A stretch of DNA of 64,000 bases, taken from positions 1,536,001-1,600,000 of the forward strand of contig CAWFSF010000006.1 of assembly GCA_963818475.1 (NCBI GenBank), given 5' to 3'. The notes beneath the pieces were generated by a model. That model made no database searches. It was not told the origin of the DNA and saw only the letters and a list, made by a program, of their open reading frames with translations. Shown one piece after another: positions 54,587 to 64,000 of the stretch. Every line of letters starts with the position of its first letter. Position 1 is the first letter of the stretch. Source of the DNA: Nitrospirota bacterium (GTDB lineage: Bacteria; Nitrospirota; UBA9217). The position numbers and the translations under genes were made by a program.

Positions 54587-55908
54587 GCAGGCCTCCCCAG
54601 GCCGAACCCCTTGCGGATCTGCAGATCGAGCATCTGCACCTCGTCACCCGAGAGCAAACCGTCCAGATAGGAAATGACCAGGCTGAGCCGGTTGTTGTAA
54701 TTATTGCTGAAAAAGCCAAGCCCCGGCGGCACGGGAACGCGGGGCATATGGAAAAGTTCCATCACTTTCCTGCCCATGAACATCGGATGCTGGTACGAGC
54801 TTTTGCCGAGATGGGAGAACGCAAACGTGGCCATTTTCCCTTTCATCGGAAGATGCAGCAGTTTTCCCAGTACGGGCAGAGGCGCGATGCGGGTCAGCAG
54901 ACTTGCTTCTGCAAGGTCTTTGGGAAAACCCGACTTCACCTGGTCGTACATCTGCTGCTTCAGCAGGGCGATGAGCCCCTTGCGATCCGCAGTCTCGCCT
55001 GCCGGAACCTGATAAAAGAGATAGGAAACGTAGTTGAAGAACATTTCCTGCAGCGGGTCCTTGTTGGGACGCAGGTCCAGCGTAACGGGGATGAGGTAAC
55101 TTTGGCCGGACTCCTGCTTCGTGGTGAACAGTTCATGCAGGCACTGAATAATAACTGCCAGCAGGTACGGCGATTCCAGGAGATACCCTGCCTCAGCGTA
55201 CGCACGGTCATAAATGTGCGCGGTCTCCTGTTCGGTGAACGAAAGAAGATGATAGCGCTGGCATCCGTTGCCGTTCCGGGAAAGCGGCAGGGCCCGGGGC
55301 GAGGACTTCGACAGCCCGATGATCCTGCGGTTCACGTTTTTGCCTGCCAGGAACTTTTTCGACCACTGGGTCAGGGCCGCTGTTGACGTAAATGCAATAT
55401 CTCCGGACGCGGCAGGCGATCCATTGTTGAGATTCTGCTGAAAAAGGTTCAAAAAAAGCTCCGCCCCGCGTGCATCAAAAACACGGTGGTCGAATGCCAT
55501 GGCGAGCAGGCATTGTTCAGGATCCTTGAAAAGATGAAACGCCAGGTGTTCGGTCTCATCCTGAAAGGGAGCATTGGCACTGATCGCAAAATGAGCAAGG
55601 ATAGACTCCCGGGACAGCCGATTCTGGGAATTCAGGACCGTCAGCTTCACGTCCCGTCGTGATTCCGCGGGTATCTTCCAGTAGGGAGCGAGCTTGAGAT
55701 CACGGCTCACCTTCCCCTCCAGGACCGGGAACTGCTTCACAAAGGCGTTTAAACGATTCCGGACCTCGCTCTCGTCGAGAGGCGCGTCCAGGAGGAGAAC
55801 GACCTGCGACATGTTGCCGGCACAGGTCGTGGCCTTCATCATATGGTCGAGGGTATTGATCACCCAGTCGGAGCCGGAGAGGTACCGTTTTTGTTTGGAG
55901 AGGAGCAT
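54583..55908 (-). CDS. Condensation-domain-like / CoA-dependent acyltransferase-fold protein
   Basis: FPVLEG, DHRVFDARG (HHxxxDG variant), IPVTLDLRP. Confidence 0.65.
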   Translation of the reverse strand: MLLSKQKRYLSGSDWVINTLDHMMKATTCAGNMSQVVLLLDAPLDESEVRNRLNAFVKQFPVLEGKVSRDLKLAPYWKIPAESRRDVKLTVLNSQNRLSRESILAHFAISANAPFQDETEHLAFHLFKDPEQCLLAMAFDHRVFDARGAELFLNLFQQNLNNGSPAASGDIAFTSTAALTQWSKKFLAGKNVNRRIIGLSKSSPRALPLSRNGNGCQRYHLLSFTEQETAHIYDRAYAEAGYLLESPYLLAVIIQCLHELFTTKQESGQSYLIPVTLDLRPNKDPLQEMFFNYVSYLFYQVPAGETADRKGLIALLKQQMYDQVKSGFPKDLAEASLLTRIAPLPVLGKLLHLPMKGKMATFAFSHLGKSSYQHPMFMGRKVMELFHMPRVPVPPGLGFFSNNYNNRLSLVISYLDGLLSGDEVQMLDLQIRKGFGLGRPA

Positions 55909-55919
55909 AGGAATTCAGA

Positions 55920-56162
55920 CTACAATCTGGTACTGATATACGATGCCAGGGAATGAACGGTCTCGAAGTCCTTCTTGGTAAGGTCCGACGCGATCAGCGG
56001 AAGCTTGAAGGTCTTCTCGATGAACACCAGCATTTCGACGAATCCGAGCGAGTCGATCCCCAGTTCATGGAACGGCTTGTCCGGAGAAATCGCTGAAGCG
56101 TCCTGATTCGAGATGGAGGCAATTCCCTGGATCAGCTTATTTTCAATTTCCTGTACGGTCAT
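55920..56162 (-). CDS. Acyl carrier protein
   Basis: ELGIDSLGFVE phosphopantetheine motif. Confidence 0.88.
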   Translation of the reverse strand: MTVQEIENKLIQGIASISNQDASAISPDKPFHELGIDSLGFVEMLVFIEKTFKLPLIASDLTKKDFETVHSLASYISTRL

Positions 56163-56227
56163 AGTCTGTCAGCCTCATCTATATTTTATTGCATGAATAT
56201 GAATACTGCCTGCGGATATAAGCCTGA

Positions 56228-57298
56228 TCAGATCTTCGTTAAATAGACCACTGACCTATCCGCGTAACAGTTGTACCCGGTGCAGCGGATCTTTGCAAGC
56301 GCCGCGTCCCCTGTTTCCGTAAGAAGACGGAGAGTGTGCGGATTGTCCTGCACCGGCGTTGCATAACGCCGCTGCTGCTTCAGCATCAGCGCGCCTGCGG
56401 CAATGTTGAATGCGCCGCCGACCATCATACTCCCGAAGAGAGGCGAATACGCTGCCGTCGGAATATCCTTCGACAGCGACGGGAGGTAGGCCGTTTCGTC
56501 CGGCATCATGCCGTCGGCGTCAATAATATTGATATCAACGGCCTGGCCTTGATCAGGATCGTCGTTCGTATGGATAGCGTTGACATTGCAATAGGCGTTC
56601 CCCTCGCTATTGTTGCTCAGAAGAAAGAACGCAGCGCCTTCACCCGGGACCTGTCCGGTGGGTTTAAAGGTAAAAGGCCTGATCTTCCCGTCCTGTGCCG
56701 TGGTCAGTTTATGATCGGCAACATATCCCAGCACATCGCCGTACTGGTCAACAGCCCCGGCCAGAACATAGTCGCAGCGCCCCTGGTCGAGCCAGGCCTG
56801 CGCCAACTGCAGCCCGGCATGGAACGAGAACTGGAATTGGGTGATGGTCAACGTGGGCCCCTTGATGTTCAACGACATGGCGATATAGGAGGCCGCCGCA
56901 TTATGGACCGAGTTTGAGAACGTGGTCGGCGAGACCGCAGCGTCTCCATGGTCCAGGATATCGTCAAGAAAATTGAATGTGGTCACATGGGGCCCGTAGG
57001 CCGTGGTCAGGATGATGCCGAGCTTTTTCTGCGTGATATCCTTGATCCCGCTGTTGGCCAGTGCGTCGGCCGCGGCAAGCACGGACATCTTGCTCACGGC
57101 ATCGGAACGACGGATCTTCTTGAGCAGCGTTTTATCAGGCAGGTTCGCGAGATCAACAAGATACGCAGGAAAGGAACCGCCGGGAATATGCGGTGTTGCG
57201 ATCCTTCCCGGCTCTTTCCATCCCTGCAGCAATGCCTTTTCAAGACCTGCGACTCCCTGCCCCGCGGAGCAGATCATGCCGATGCCAACGATCTTCAT
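56228..57298 (-). CDS. Ketosynthase chain-length-factor-like protein
   Basis: Starts MKIVGIG (ATGA overlap); SPTTFSNSVHNAA, GEGA; lacks the catalytic Cys. Confidence 0.8.
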   Translation of the reverse strand: MKIVGIGMICSAGQGVAGLEKALLQGWKEPGRIATPHIPGGSFPAYLVDLANLPDKTLLKKIRRSDAVSKMSVLAAADALANSGIKDITQKKLGIILTTAYGPHVTTFNFLDDILDHGDAAVSPTTFSNSVHNAAASYIAMSLNIKGPTLTITQFQFSFHAGLQLAQAWLDQGRCDYVLAGAVDQYGDVLGYVADHKLTTAQDGKIRPFTFKPTGQVPGEGAAFFLLSNNSEGNAYCNVNAIHTNDDPDQGQAVDINIIDADGMMPDETAYLPSLSKDIPTAAYSPLFGSMMVGGAFNIAAGALMLKQQRRYATPVQDNPHTLRLLTETGDAALAKIRCTGYNCYADRSVVYLTKI

Positions 57299-58480
57299 GA
57301 GCCGGCCTCCCGTCCGATAACGATGGCGGCATTGGTCCCGCCAAAGGCCAACGAGGTGGAGATCGCATAGCGCCCGTTGATCAGCGGTCACTTCGCGCAC
57401 CGGCGCCAGAGGGATCGCTTCATCCCTGTTCTGAAAACCCGCGCTGGCAGGTATCCAGCCTTCCCGAAGACCGAGCGCGGTGAAGACTGCCTCGATCCCG
57501 CCGGCAGCGCCCAGCGTATGTCCGGTCATCCCCTTGGTCGAGAGCATCCTGAGGCCGGGCCCGAATATCTCTGCCAGCACCGTCCCCTCCACCAGATCGT
57601 TGTCGTGCGTACCCGTACCGTGGGCATTGACAAAACCGATCGAGGATGGCTCAATGCCGGCCTCTGACAAAGCTGCAATAAGCGCCGCCTTCAACCCCAC
57701 CCCTTCGGGGCTGGGAGCGGTCAGGTGATAGGCGTCGCTGGAAGTGCCGTACCCGGAAAGCATAAGGTCTGCCGATGCCCCCCGTTTGCACGCCGTTTCC
57801 CGCGTCTCCAGGATCAACACGCCCGCGCCTTCGCCGAGGTTCAGCCCCTTGCGGTCGCGGTCAAAAGGCGCGCAGAGTCCGGGATTGGCGATGCCAAGGG
57901 AATTGAAACCGCAGTAGGGCACATGGTTCAGTTCATCGGACCCGCCGGCGATGGCGATGTCGCAGAGGCCGCTCTTGAGCCAGGACAGGGCGATGCCGAT
58001 CGCGTCGGTGCCGGAAGAACAGGCGTTCACCACCGAGACCTGCGGTCCCCGTGCCCCGATCCTGCGCCCGATATACTCGGCAAGATTGCCGGTTAAAAAA
58101 CGGTCAATGGCGGTCATGGGCGCTGACCCCTGATCACGGTACGATTTGTAGAACGATAGATCGTTCAGCTGGCTTGCCACGGTCGTTCCCATGCAGACGC
58201 CCACCCGGAACCGCGACAGGTCGCCAAGACGGGCTTCCTGCAGGGCCTGATCGACAGCAATGAGGGCAAGGCTCAGCGTGCGCAACCCTTCCATATGATA
58301 TCCGGCCGGAAGTCTCTGCACTTCGAATACGGGAGACTTCAGTGCCGTGGGAAAGAGCGTCACTGGACCTGCGCTCCTCGTTCCCTGCTTAAAAGACCGA
58401 AGCGTCTCGGCAGCGTTGTTCCCTGCGGCCGAGATCACGCCGATGCCTGTTATTAGTACAGAGGATGTATTCATATTCAT
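57295..58480 (-). CDS. Beta-ketoacyl-ACP synthase (FabF-like; frameshift near 57380)
   Basis: NACSSG, APFDRDRKGLNLGEGA, DAYH, NAHGTGT, GHTLGAAG; C-terminal STSLAFGGTNA lies in the shifted frame. Confidence 0.88.
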
Positions 58481-58590
58481 AATTTAGCGTTCACCTGAAA
58501 CTCATCATCGGGCGGATAACTCGGCGTTCGTTGTTCCATCTACGGTCGGGTTATACTCGCCCCTATCTTTTCTCCCGGCAACAAAGGGAC

Positions 58591-59553
58591 TTACGGCATT
58601 TTTCCCGTAGCTGTCGCGATGTCAGGAATGCCCAGCAGGTCCAGTGCGGTATCGACCGTCACGATCCGCATGTCCGGATACTTCGTGCGCACATACGTGA
58701 GCAGCTCTGAGATCTCTGCGCGCTGGTCGTAGACGATTTTGTCAAGTCGGGCAACGGCGCCGCTCGACGCGCCGGTGACCCGGTCTCCCGGCTGCGGTGT
58801 CCCTGCCAGCGGAACAAAATGAAGATACCCTGCCGACAGGAACCATTGGTCACGCACATGTCTCCCCCGCGCCCCCGAGGGGCTGAAGACAAGCTGCTCG
58901 CCCGCTGCAAAGGTGCCGGTTTCGCTGGTCAGTGTGATCTTGACATCTATCTGGTGTCCATGGATGATCAGCCAGTCGCGTTCTGAATATGCCTTGTCCA
59001 CCCGGCCCCGCATCTTCATAAGACCGAATTTTTTGTTGGAAACGGACCGCAGGTCATATTGTTCAAAAACATCCCGGTTAAAGGCGTCCACGCCTCCCCG
59101 TGCGGAACGGTAATATTTACGGGCGACGGCCCGGATCATCTCACTGCTTTTGTTATAGGGATAGACGAGGTTCTTGACCGTCACCCCCAGACTCTCCAGG
59201 ACCGTCTTGGAACGAAACAGCTCATCCTCGACCTGGGCGGGAGAGAGAGACCGCAAGTTCCGATGCGAGGCGGTATGACCCATGATCTCCCAGCCTGCAT
59301 CTCTGAGGCCGACGATCTGCCCGGGACCAAGAAATCCCGTGCGGCCGATCAGGTCCGTGGCGATCGCCGAGCAGGCGACCGCGCCCTGTTCGGCAAAAAC
59401 GTCCCGCGCCACGAGGTAATCCGTATCGAACCCGTCATCGAACACAAAGGTCACCAGCGGAATGGCCGGCCGCTGAACGACGCCTGTGCGGGGGCCGAGA
59501 CTGCTGCAGGCAGCAAGAAACAGCGGCAGCAGCACGGTCACCAGCCGTCTCAT
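58591..59553 (-). CDS. Polysaccharide deacetylase lipoprotein
   Basis: Lipobox LAAC; TFVFDDG, GWEIMGHTASH, YPY, HGH. Confidence 0.8.
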   Translation of the reverse strand: MRRLVTVLLPLFLAACSSLGPRTGVVQRPAIPLVTFVFDDGFDTDYLVARDVFAEQGAVACSAIATDLIGRTGFLGPGQIVGLRDAGWEIMGHTASHRNLRSLSPAQVEDELFRSKTVLESLGVTVKNLVYPYNKSSEMIRAVARKYYRSARGGVDAFNRDVFEQYDLRSVSNKKFGLMKMRGRVDKAYSERDWLIIHGHQIDVKITLTSETGTFAAGEQLVFSPSGARGRHVRDQWFLSAGYLHFVPLAGTPQPGDRVTGASSGAVARLDKIVYDQRAEISELLTYVRTKYPDMRIVTVDTALDLLGIPDIATATGKMP

Positions 59554-59572
59554 GCAGCATGATAACCGTGCG

Positions 59573-59860
59573 TCAGGATGCCTTTTTTCTGTTCTCATAA
59601 ACGAAATTGGCGATGGTATTGATGGAATGGAAGATCTCTTTCCCCTCGTCCATATTCTTTACTTCCATGCCGAAATTGCGCTGCAACAGCACGACGATCT
59701 CGACGGCGTCAAGAGAATCGAGCCCGAGCCCCTCACCGAACAGGACCTCGTCATCCTTGATATCAGCGGGATTGACATCCTCCAGCGAGAGATCGCGCAC
59801 GATCATTTCCTTGAGGTCTTTGCGTATTGTTGCCAGTTCCTGTTCCTTGTTGTTTTCCAT
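59573..59860 (-). CDS. Acyl carrier protein
   Basis: LFGEGLGLDSLDAVE. Confidence 0.9.
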   Translation of the reverse strand: MENNKEQELATIRKDLKEMIVRDLSLEDVNPADIKDDEVLFGEGLGLDSLDAVEIVVLLQRNFGMEVKNMDEGKEIFHSINTIANFVYENRKKAS

Positions 59861-59893
59861 CTTTATCTCCTTGCGTGTAAGGTGTTTATCGTA

Positions 59894-60796
59894 TCAATCA
59901 TTCCCCTGCCACATGTCTCGAAAAACGAACCATTGATAGGGATGGTGAATGGCATACTCTTCCAGAATGCGTGCGAATTCCTGAACACAGGCCGTGATCT
60001 CCGCCTCCTTGTTGCCGCGTGTGCCTGTTGGCGGGTTTATAACGTGAGAAATGTCTGTCACGTATTTTTTCATGCCTGTCTTGGCAGACAGCAGGACCGC
60101 AACAGGACATCGGGCTGCTGCCGCGAGGCTGAACGCGCCGTACGGGAACCGGACGCTTCCATTCAGCAGCGACGCTTCCCGTGAACTGTACCCATAGGTC
60201 CGGTCTCCCATGATCGAAACGATGCCTCCCTGGCTGATCGCCTTCAAGGCTTCAACCACGCCGCCCAGGGAACCATCGGTATACAGAACTTTGATCTTCT
60301 CCTGTTCGCTGTCGATGTTCAACGCCTCTTTGACGGCTACATTGTCCTCAGGCCGCATCATGAGGTATACGGTACGGTTGAGTTTCCTGAGCGCTGTTGT
60401 CGCAACCTGCCAGTTGCCCACATGGGCCGTCAGGAAGATCATCCCCTTTTGCCCCTCAGCCAGATGGCTCTGTATCTTCTCATAGCCGCGGAGCTCGAGG
60501 TCGATATCACTTCCGCCGGCAGCAACATAGTACCGATCGATGAGGCTTTTCCCCTGGTTCACGAACAGCAAATATACATCAACCATCCGCCGGAGAGCGC
60601 CGTGGTCCGGAAAGCGTCGCCGGACATAAGCCATGCTCGCAGCAACCACAGCATGATCAAAGATCAGATAGTACAGGCTGACAAAGTACAGTAATCCATA
60701 GGCGCCCCGTAAGCCGAATATCTTTGCCGCCGTGCGGAAGAACCAGAATCCTAACCGGTTGCCGCGCTTGCGTTCAACACTCTTCTTTTGAGACAT
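59894..60796 (-). CDS. LpxL-type lipid acyltransferase
   Basis: TAHVGNWQ, MGDR, FPYGAF, HPYQWFVF. Confidence 0.85.
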   Translation of the reverse strand: MSQKKSVERKRGNRLGFWFFRTAAKIFGLRGAYGLLYFVSLYYLIFDHAVVAASMAYVRRRFPDHGALRRMVDVYLLFVNQGKSLIDRYYVAAGGSDIDLELRGYEKIQSHLAEGQKGMIFLTAHVGNWQVATTALRKLNRTVYLMMRPEDNVAVKEALNIDSEQEKIKVLYTDGSLGGVVEALKAISQGGIVSIMGDRTYGYSSREASLLNGSVRFPYGAFSLAAAARCPVAVLLSAKTGMKKYVTDISHVINPPTGTRGNKEAEITACVQEFARILEEYAIHHPYQWFVFRDMWQGND

Positions 60797-61972
60797 TGGC
60801 GTACCTGAACTTTTTTATCATTGTTGCGGAAATGTACGTGACCGCACCGATCAGGACAGCAAGGAGCGGTGCAATAACGAGCGAGCCCAGGAACCATTCA
60901 TACAAGCGCGATGAGAACTGCGCGAAAACCGTTGCAAAAGAAAGGTCCGTAAGCCACTGGCCGTGGCGCATATAGTACCCCACTTCAATGCAGAGCGCCG
61001 GAACAAAAGGCGGCATGGCTATATGCTGAACATTCAAGGCCACGACCTTGTTCAGGTTCAGCCTGAGCGCGACATACAGGATCACGAGCGAATGCGCGAA
61101 CAGGATCGGCAGTACTGCCAGAAACAGGCCCACGGCCGCTGACCATGCCAGCCCCTCGGGGGTCGCGTTCTCCTGCAGCAGCATCCGCAGTACCTTTCCC
61201 GGATGACGAAGCAAAGACAGGTCGAAACCAGGCCCCCGTCTTTACCAGCTTTTTGTGAGGCAGCGGCAAGAGACGCCTTCCCACCAGCATGGAATGAATG
61301 CGGGTGAGCCGAAGGTTGTCCAGAACCGGTTTAAAGCTCGAGACCCGCTCCTCGGGCTTCGGATAGTGGACCGAGATCGGAACCATCACAAGCTCCAGCC
61401 CTGCCCAGGCTGCCTTGGCCAGCACCTCTGCCTCAAAATCATACCGGCTGCCCTTGAAGCGCAGCTGGTTAAGATAGCGGACCGGATAGGCACGGAAACC
61501 GCTCTGACAATCGTCGATCGTGCGCCCGGTCTCGGCCTTGAGCCAGAAATTGGCGAATTTCCTGCCGAAGCGGCTCGATGCAGGCACATTATCCGTATTG
61601 AAATCCCTGCACCCGACAACGAGACGAGCTTCGTTTTCCTGCAAAAGCGGAAAGAAGCGCTCCAGGTCCCGCGGATCATGCTGGCCGTCGGCATCGATGG
61701 TGATCATGTACGTTCCGCCGTGTGCCTCGATATAGCGCGACGCGGTCAGGATCGCCTCTCCCTTGCCGAGATTCTTCTCGTGCTTCAAAAGAACGACATC
61801 CAGGCCCGAAAGCAGCGATGCCAGATCGGCATCGGTGCTGCCGTCATCGATGACAACGACGTTCTGCAGGACCGAGCGACAGGATGTCACTACGTCCTTC
61901 ACCGTGGCATGGTTGTTATAAACCGGAACAGCGCACCAGATGGTCCTGATGAAGCGGACTACTTTGCCGCAT
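60774..61972 (-). CDS. GT2 glycosyltransferase fused to a DUF2062 membrane domain (frameshifted)
   Basis: VPVYNN, IDDGSTD, NLGKG, DADGQH, DCQSGFRAYP; then ENATPEGLAWSAAVG...EWFLGSL. Confidence 0.8.
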
Positions 61973-63332
61973 TCCTCGTCCTCTCCTCGGGTTTTCTGTC
62001 CGGGCAGCAGCAGGTCCCACATGGGGCCGGTGTAGCCGAGTTTGTGCAGCACCTGGAGGCTGTTGTCCATGGCATCGGGCGGAAACACGCAGTGACGCAC
62101 ATCCGCGAACGCTTTGGTGAGCGTTTCCTCGAGCCATTTTTTATCGAGTCGCCGGTGAAATGTAGTAGACGGGCTTCAACAGGCCGTCATCGGGCGTGAT
62201 CAGCTTTTCCATGATCGCCAGGCGGGCAAGCGGCGTGTTCGGCAGTATCCGTATGCCCATGAAAATAAAGGCCACGCATTTCTGAAGGCTCAGGATGTTC
62301 TTGATCCCCTCCTGCACGGTCTGCTTCGGTCTCCCCCGGTCCGCCGAACATGAAGAAATGCGATGTGGCGATGCCGTGGCGCACAAGGAGGTCGTTGCAC
62401 GCAATGACATCGCTGAAGGTAAAGCTCTTGCCCAGCTTCTTGAGCGTCGTGTCGCAGGCCGCGTCAGTGCCGACCTCGGCTGCCGCGAACCCGGTCTTCT
62501 TCATGCGCTCGACGATCTCGTCCGTCAGGCCTCCGGGCTTGATGAATGCGGTCCAGGGAATGTTTATGTTCCGGCGCTCCATCTCGCCGATCACCTCAAG
62601 ATAGGCGCCGTCGTCGTCGTTGAACACGGAATCGACAAAGAAAACATATTTGGTCTTGAATTTATCACGCAGAATCTCGATGTCGTCCACAACCTCCTTG
62701 GGATTCCTCCTGCGGAGTTCCGCGCCCTCGAGCACGGGATAGGTGCAGTACACGCATTTATAGGTGCATCCCCGCTTCGTCTGGATCGAGGCGATGTTGC
62801 CGCTGTGCAGATAAAATTCCAGCAGCCGTTCATCATACAACGCCGCATTGATCTGATCGCCCGGGAGCTTGGCATGGGAACGGATAAGCGGCTCCTTTGG
62901 ATAGATCCCCTTCGCCGCATTGTTCGCGAACTCAACAGCCAGAACCTCGCCTTCGCCGACGATACCGTAGTCGGCTCCGGTCTCCTTCAGGATCAGGTCC
63001 GGGATAAGCGAGAATCCCGCGCCGCCCAAAAGCACTTTAGCGTTCGAAGCCCCCCGGACCGTAGTCACGAGGTTCTTCACGTTCTGGATGTAATGCTGCT
63101 CGTGCAAAAGGTTGACATTATCGATGTTCCGCACGGAGATCCCTACCAGATCGGGTTTGAACTCCAGCACCTCCCGCCCGATCGCTTCAAGCGAGGTGTT
63201 CTGCTGCAGGAAATCCGCCTGCCGCACCTCATGGCCTGCCTTCGTCAGCACGGCAGCAATGATGCTCACGCCCAGAGGATAAAGCGGGTAAGGCGACAGG
63301 GTAACATTGGCTGAGATCAGAAGCACCTTCAT
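61959..63332 (-). CDS. Lipid-biosynthesis B12-binding/radical SAM protein (frameshifted 3' end)
   Basis: MKVLLISAN..SPYPLYPLG, ISVRNIDN, QTKRGCTYKCVYCTYP, VDSVFN; resembles TIGR04072-type proteins. Confidence 0.85.
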
Positions 63333-64000
63333 CGGCTTGGCTCCGTTGTCGTATTTTTTTGCCATTTCCGGGGCCTGAGCGCCGCTCCCCGATAGGTCCC
63401 GTCAGCCTTTTCTTTTTCAATGACCTTCAGGAAAAGCTTGGCCATCCTGAGGTTCTGGCTGGTTTCCTTGTAGAACGTATCCCAGGCATAATAGTACAGG
63501 TCCTGCAGTTTCGAGGGGGTGATCTTTGCAGGCTGGTACACGACCTCCCCGCCAGTGTACCGGTTCCAGTCGTTCGACAGGATCCTGCCCTCTTTCTGGA
63601 GCGATTCACGGACCGGCGTATGCGGGAACGGCGTCAGGATCGTGAACTCCGCAAGGTCCAGATTGATCTCGAGCAGGAAATCGACGAGCCGTTTGATATC
63701 GTCTTCATCCTGCTCATCCATGCCGAGAATAATGGTCCCCTCGACGCCGATACCGCGTTCCTGCAATCGCTTCACCCGGTTCCGGATGTAGTCTGACGTG
63801 TCGAAGATGGCCTGGTACACATACCAGCAGCCTGCCTCGGCCGCCAGGTCCAGGATCTCGTCGTTGTCCTTGATGGGATGAGAGACCCATTTCTTCTTGA
63901 GCGGGATCAGGGCGCGGAAGAGGTCCTTTTCCCACTGATCGTTCTGTGCCATGGAATTATCCACGAAGAAGAGACGGTTGTTGTCGATTGCCGCAACTTC
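63329..64000 (-). CDS. Radical SAM protein, C-terminal part (5' end outside the window)
   Basis: FFVDNS, AGCWYVYQA, GTIILGMD, FTILTPFPHTP, typical of B12-rSAM C-termini; CxxxCxxC not in the window. Confidence 0.75.
   Translation of the reverse strand, partial: EVAAIDNNRLFFVDNSMAQNDQWEKDLFRALIPLKKKWVSHPIKDNDEILDLAAEAGCWYVYQAIFDTSDYIRNRVKRLQERGIGVEGTIILGMDEQDEDDIKRLVDFLLEINLDLAEFTILTPFPHTPVRESLQKEGRILSNDWNRYTGGEVVYQPAKITPSKLQDLYYYAWDTFYKETSQNLRMAKLFLKVIEKEKADGTYRGAALRPRKWQKNTTTEPSR

Noticed and set aside
56228-58480. 750-aa KS-CLF fusion in the ORF track
   Set aside because: The KS C-terminal motif SLAFGG lies in another frame and ends in an ATGA overlap at 57295-57298; the fusion is an indel artefact.
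60985-62100. rSAM-tail/GT2 fusion ORF
   Set aside because: The rSAM likely ends RNAAK* at 61959 and GT2 starts at 61972; they are joined by indels.

Overview
GC-rich bacterial chromosomal window; gene content is reminiscent of Nitrospirota/Desulfobacterota (inference only). Many genes are broken by single-base indels, probably long-read errors, so several CDS were stitched from ORF fragments. Left to right: a sigma54-preceded PAS-GGDEF gene; a TPP-riboswitch thiS-thiG-thiE-thiC-(M23)-thiD operon; a stress-type small-protein cluster with a B12 radical SAM gene; a GAF/PAS-GGDEF gene; envelope proteins; and an IS481-like element with a 6-bp target duplication. Next is a ~24 kb minus-strand operon (18.2-42.2 kb) joining a ~2800 aa DUF11/isopeptide-repeat surface protein and a ~1700 aa multi-OmpA/beta-barrel protein to an Agl-Glt-like TPR/ExbB/ExbD/TonB-like motor. 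Its leader holds a GEMM-I riboswitch with A at the position that marks 3',3'-cGAMP-sensing variants; this is the best candidate for an undescribed system. After that come a surface-protein gene bracketed by a duplicated oxidoreductase 3' end plus sigma70 promoter, and a >15 kb type II FAS/PKS-like lipid cluster with four radical SAM genes that runs off the right edge. Several families of short palindromic elements sit at gene junctions.
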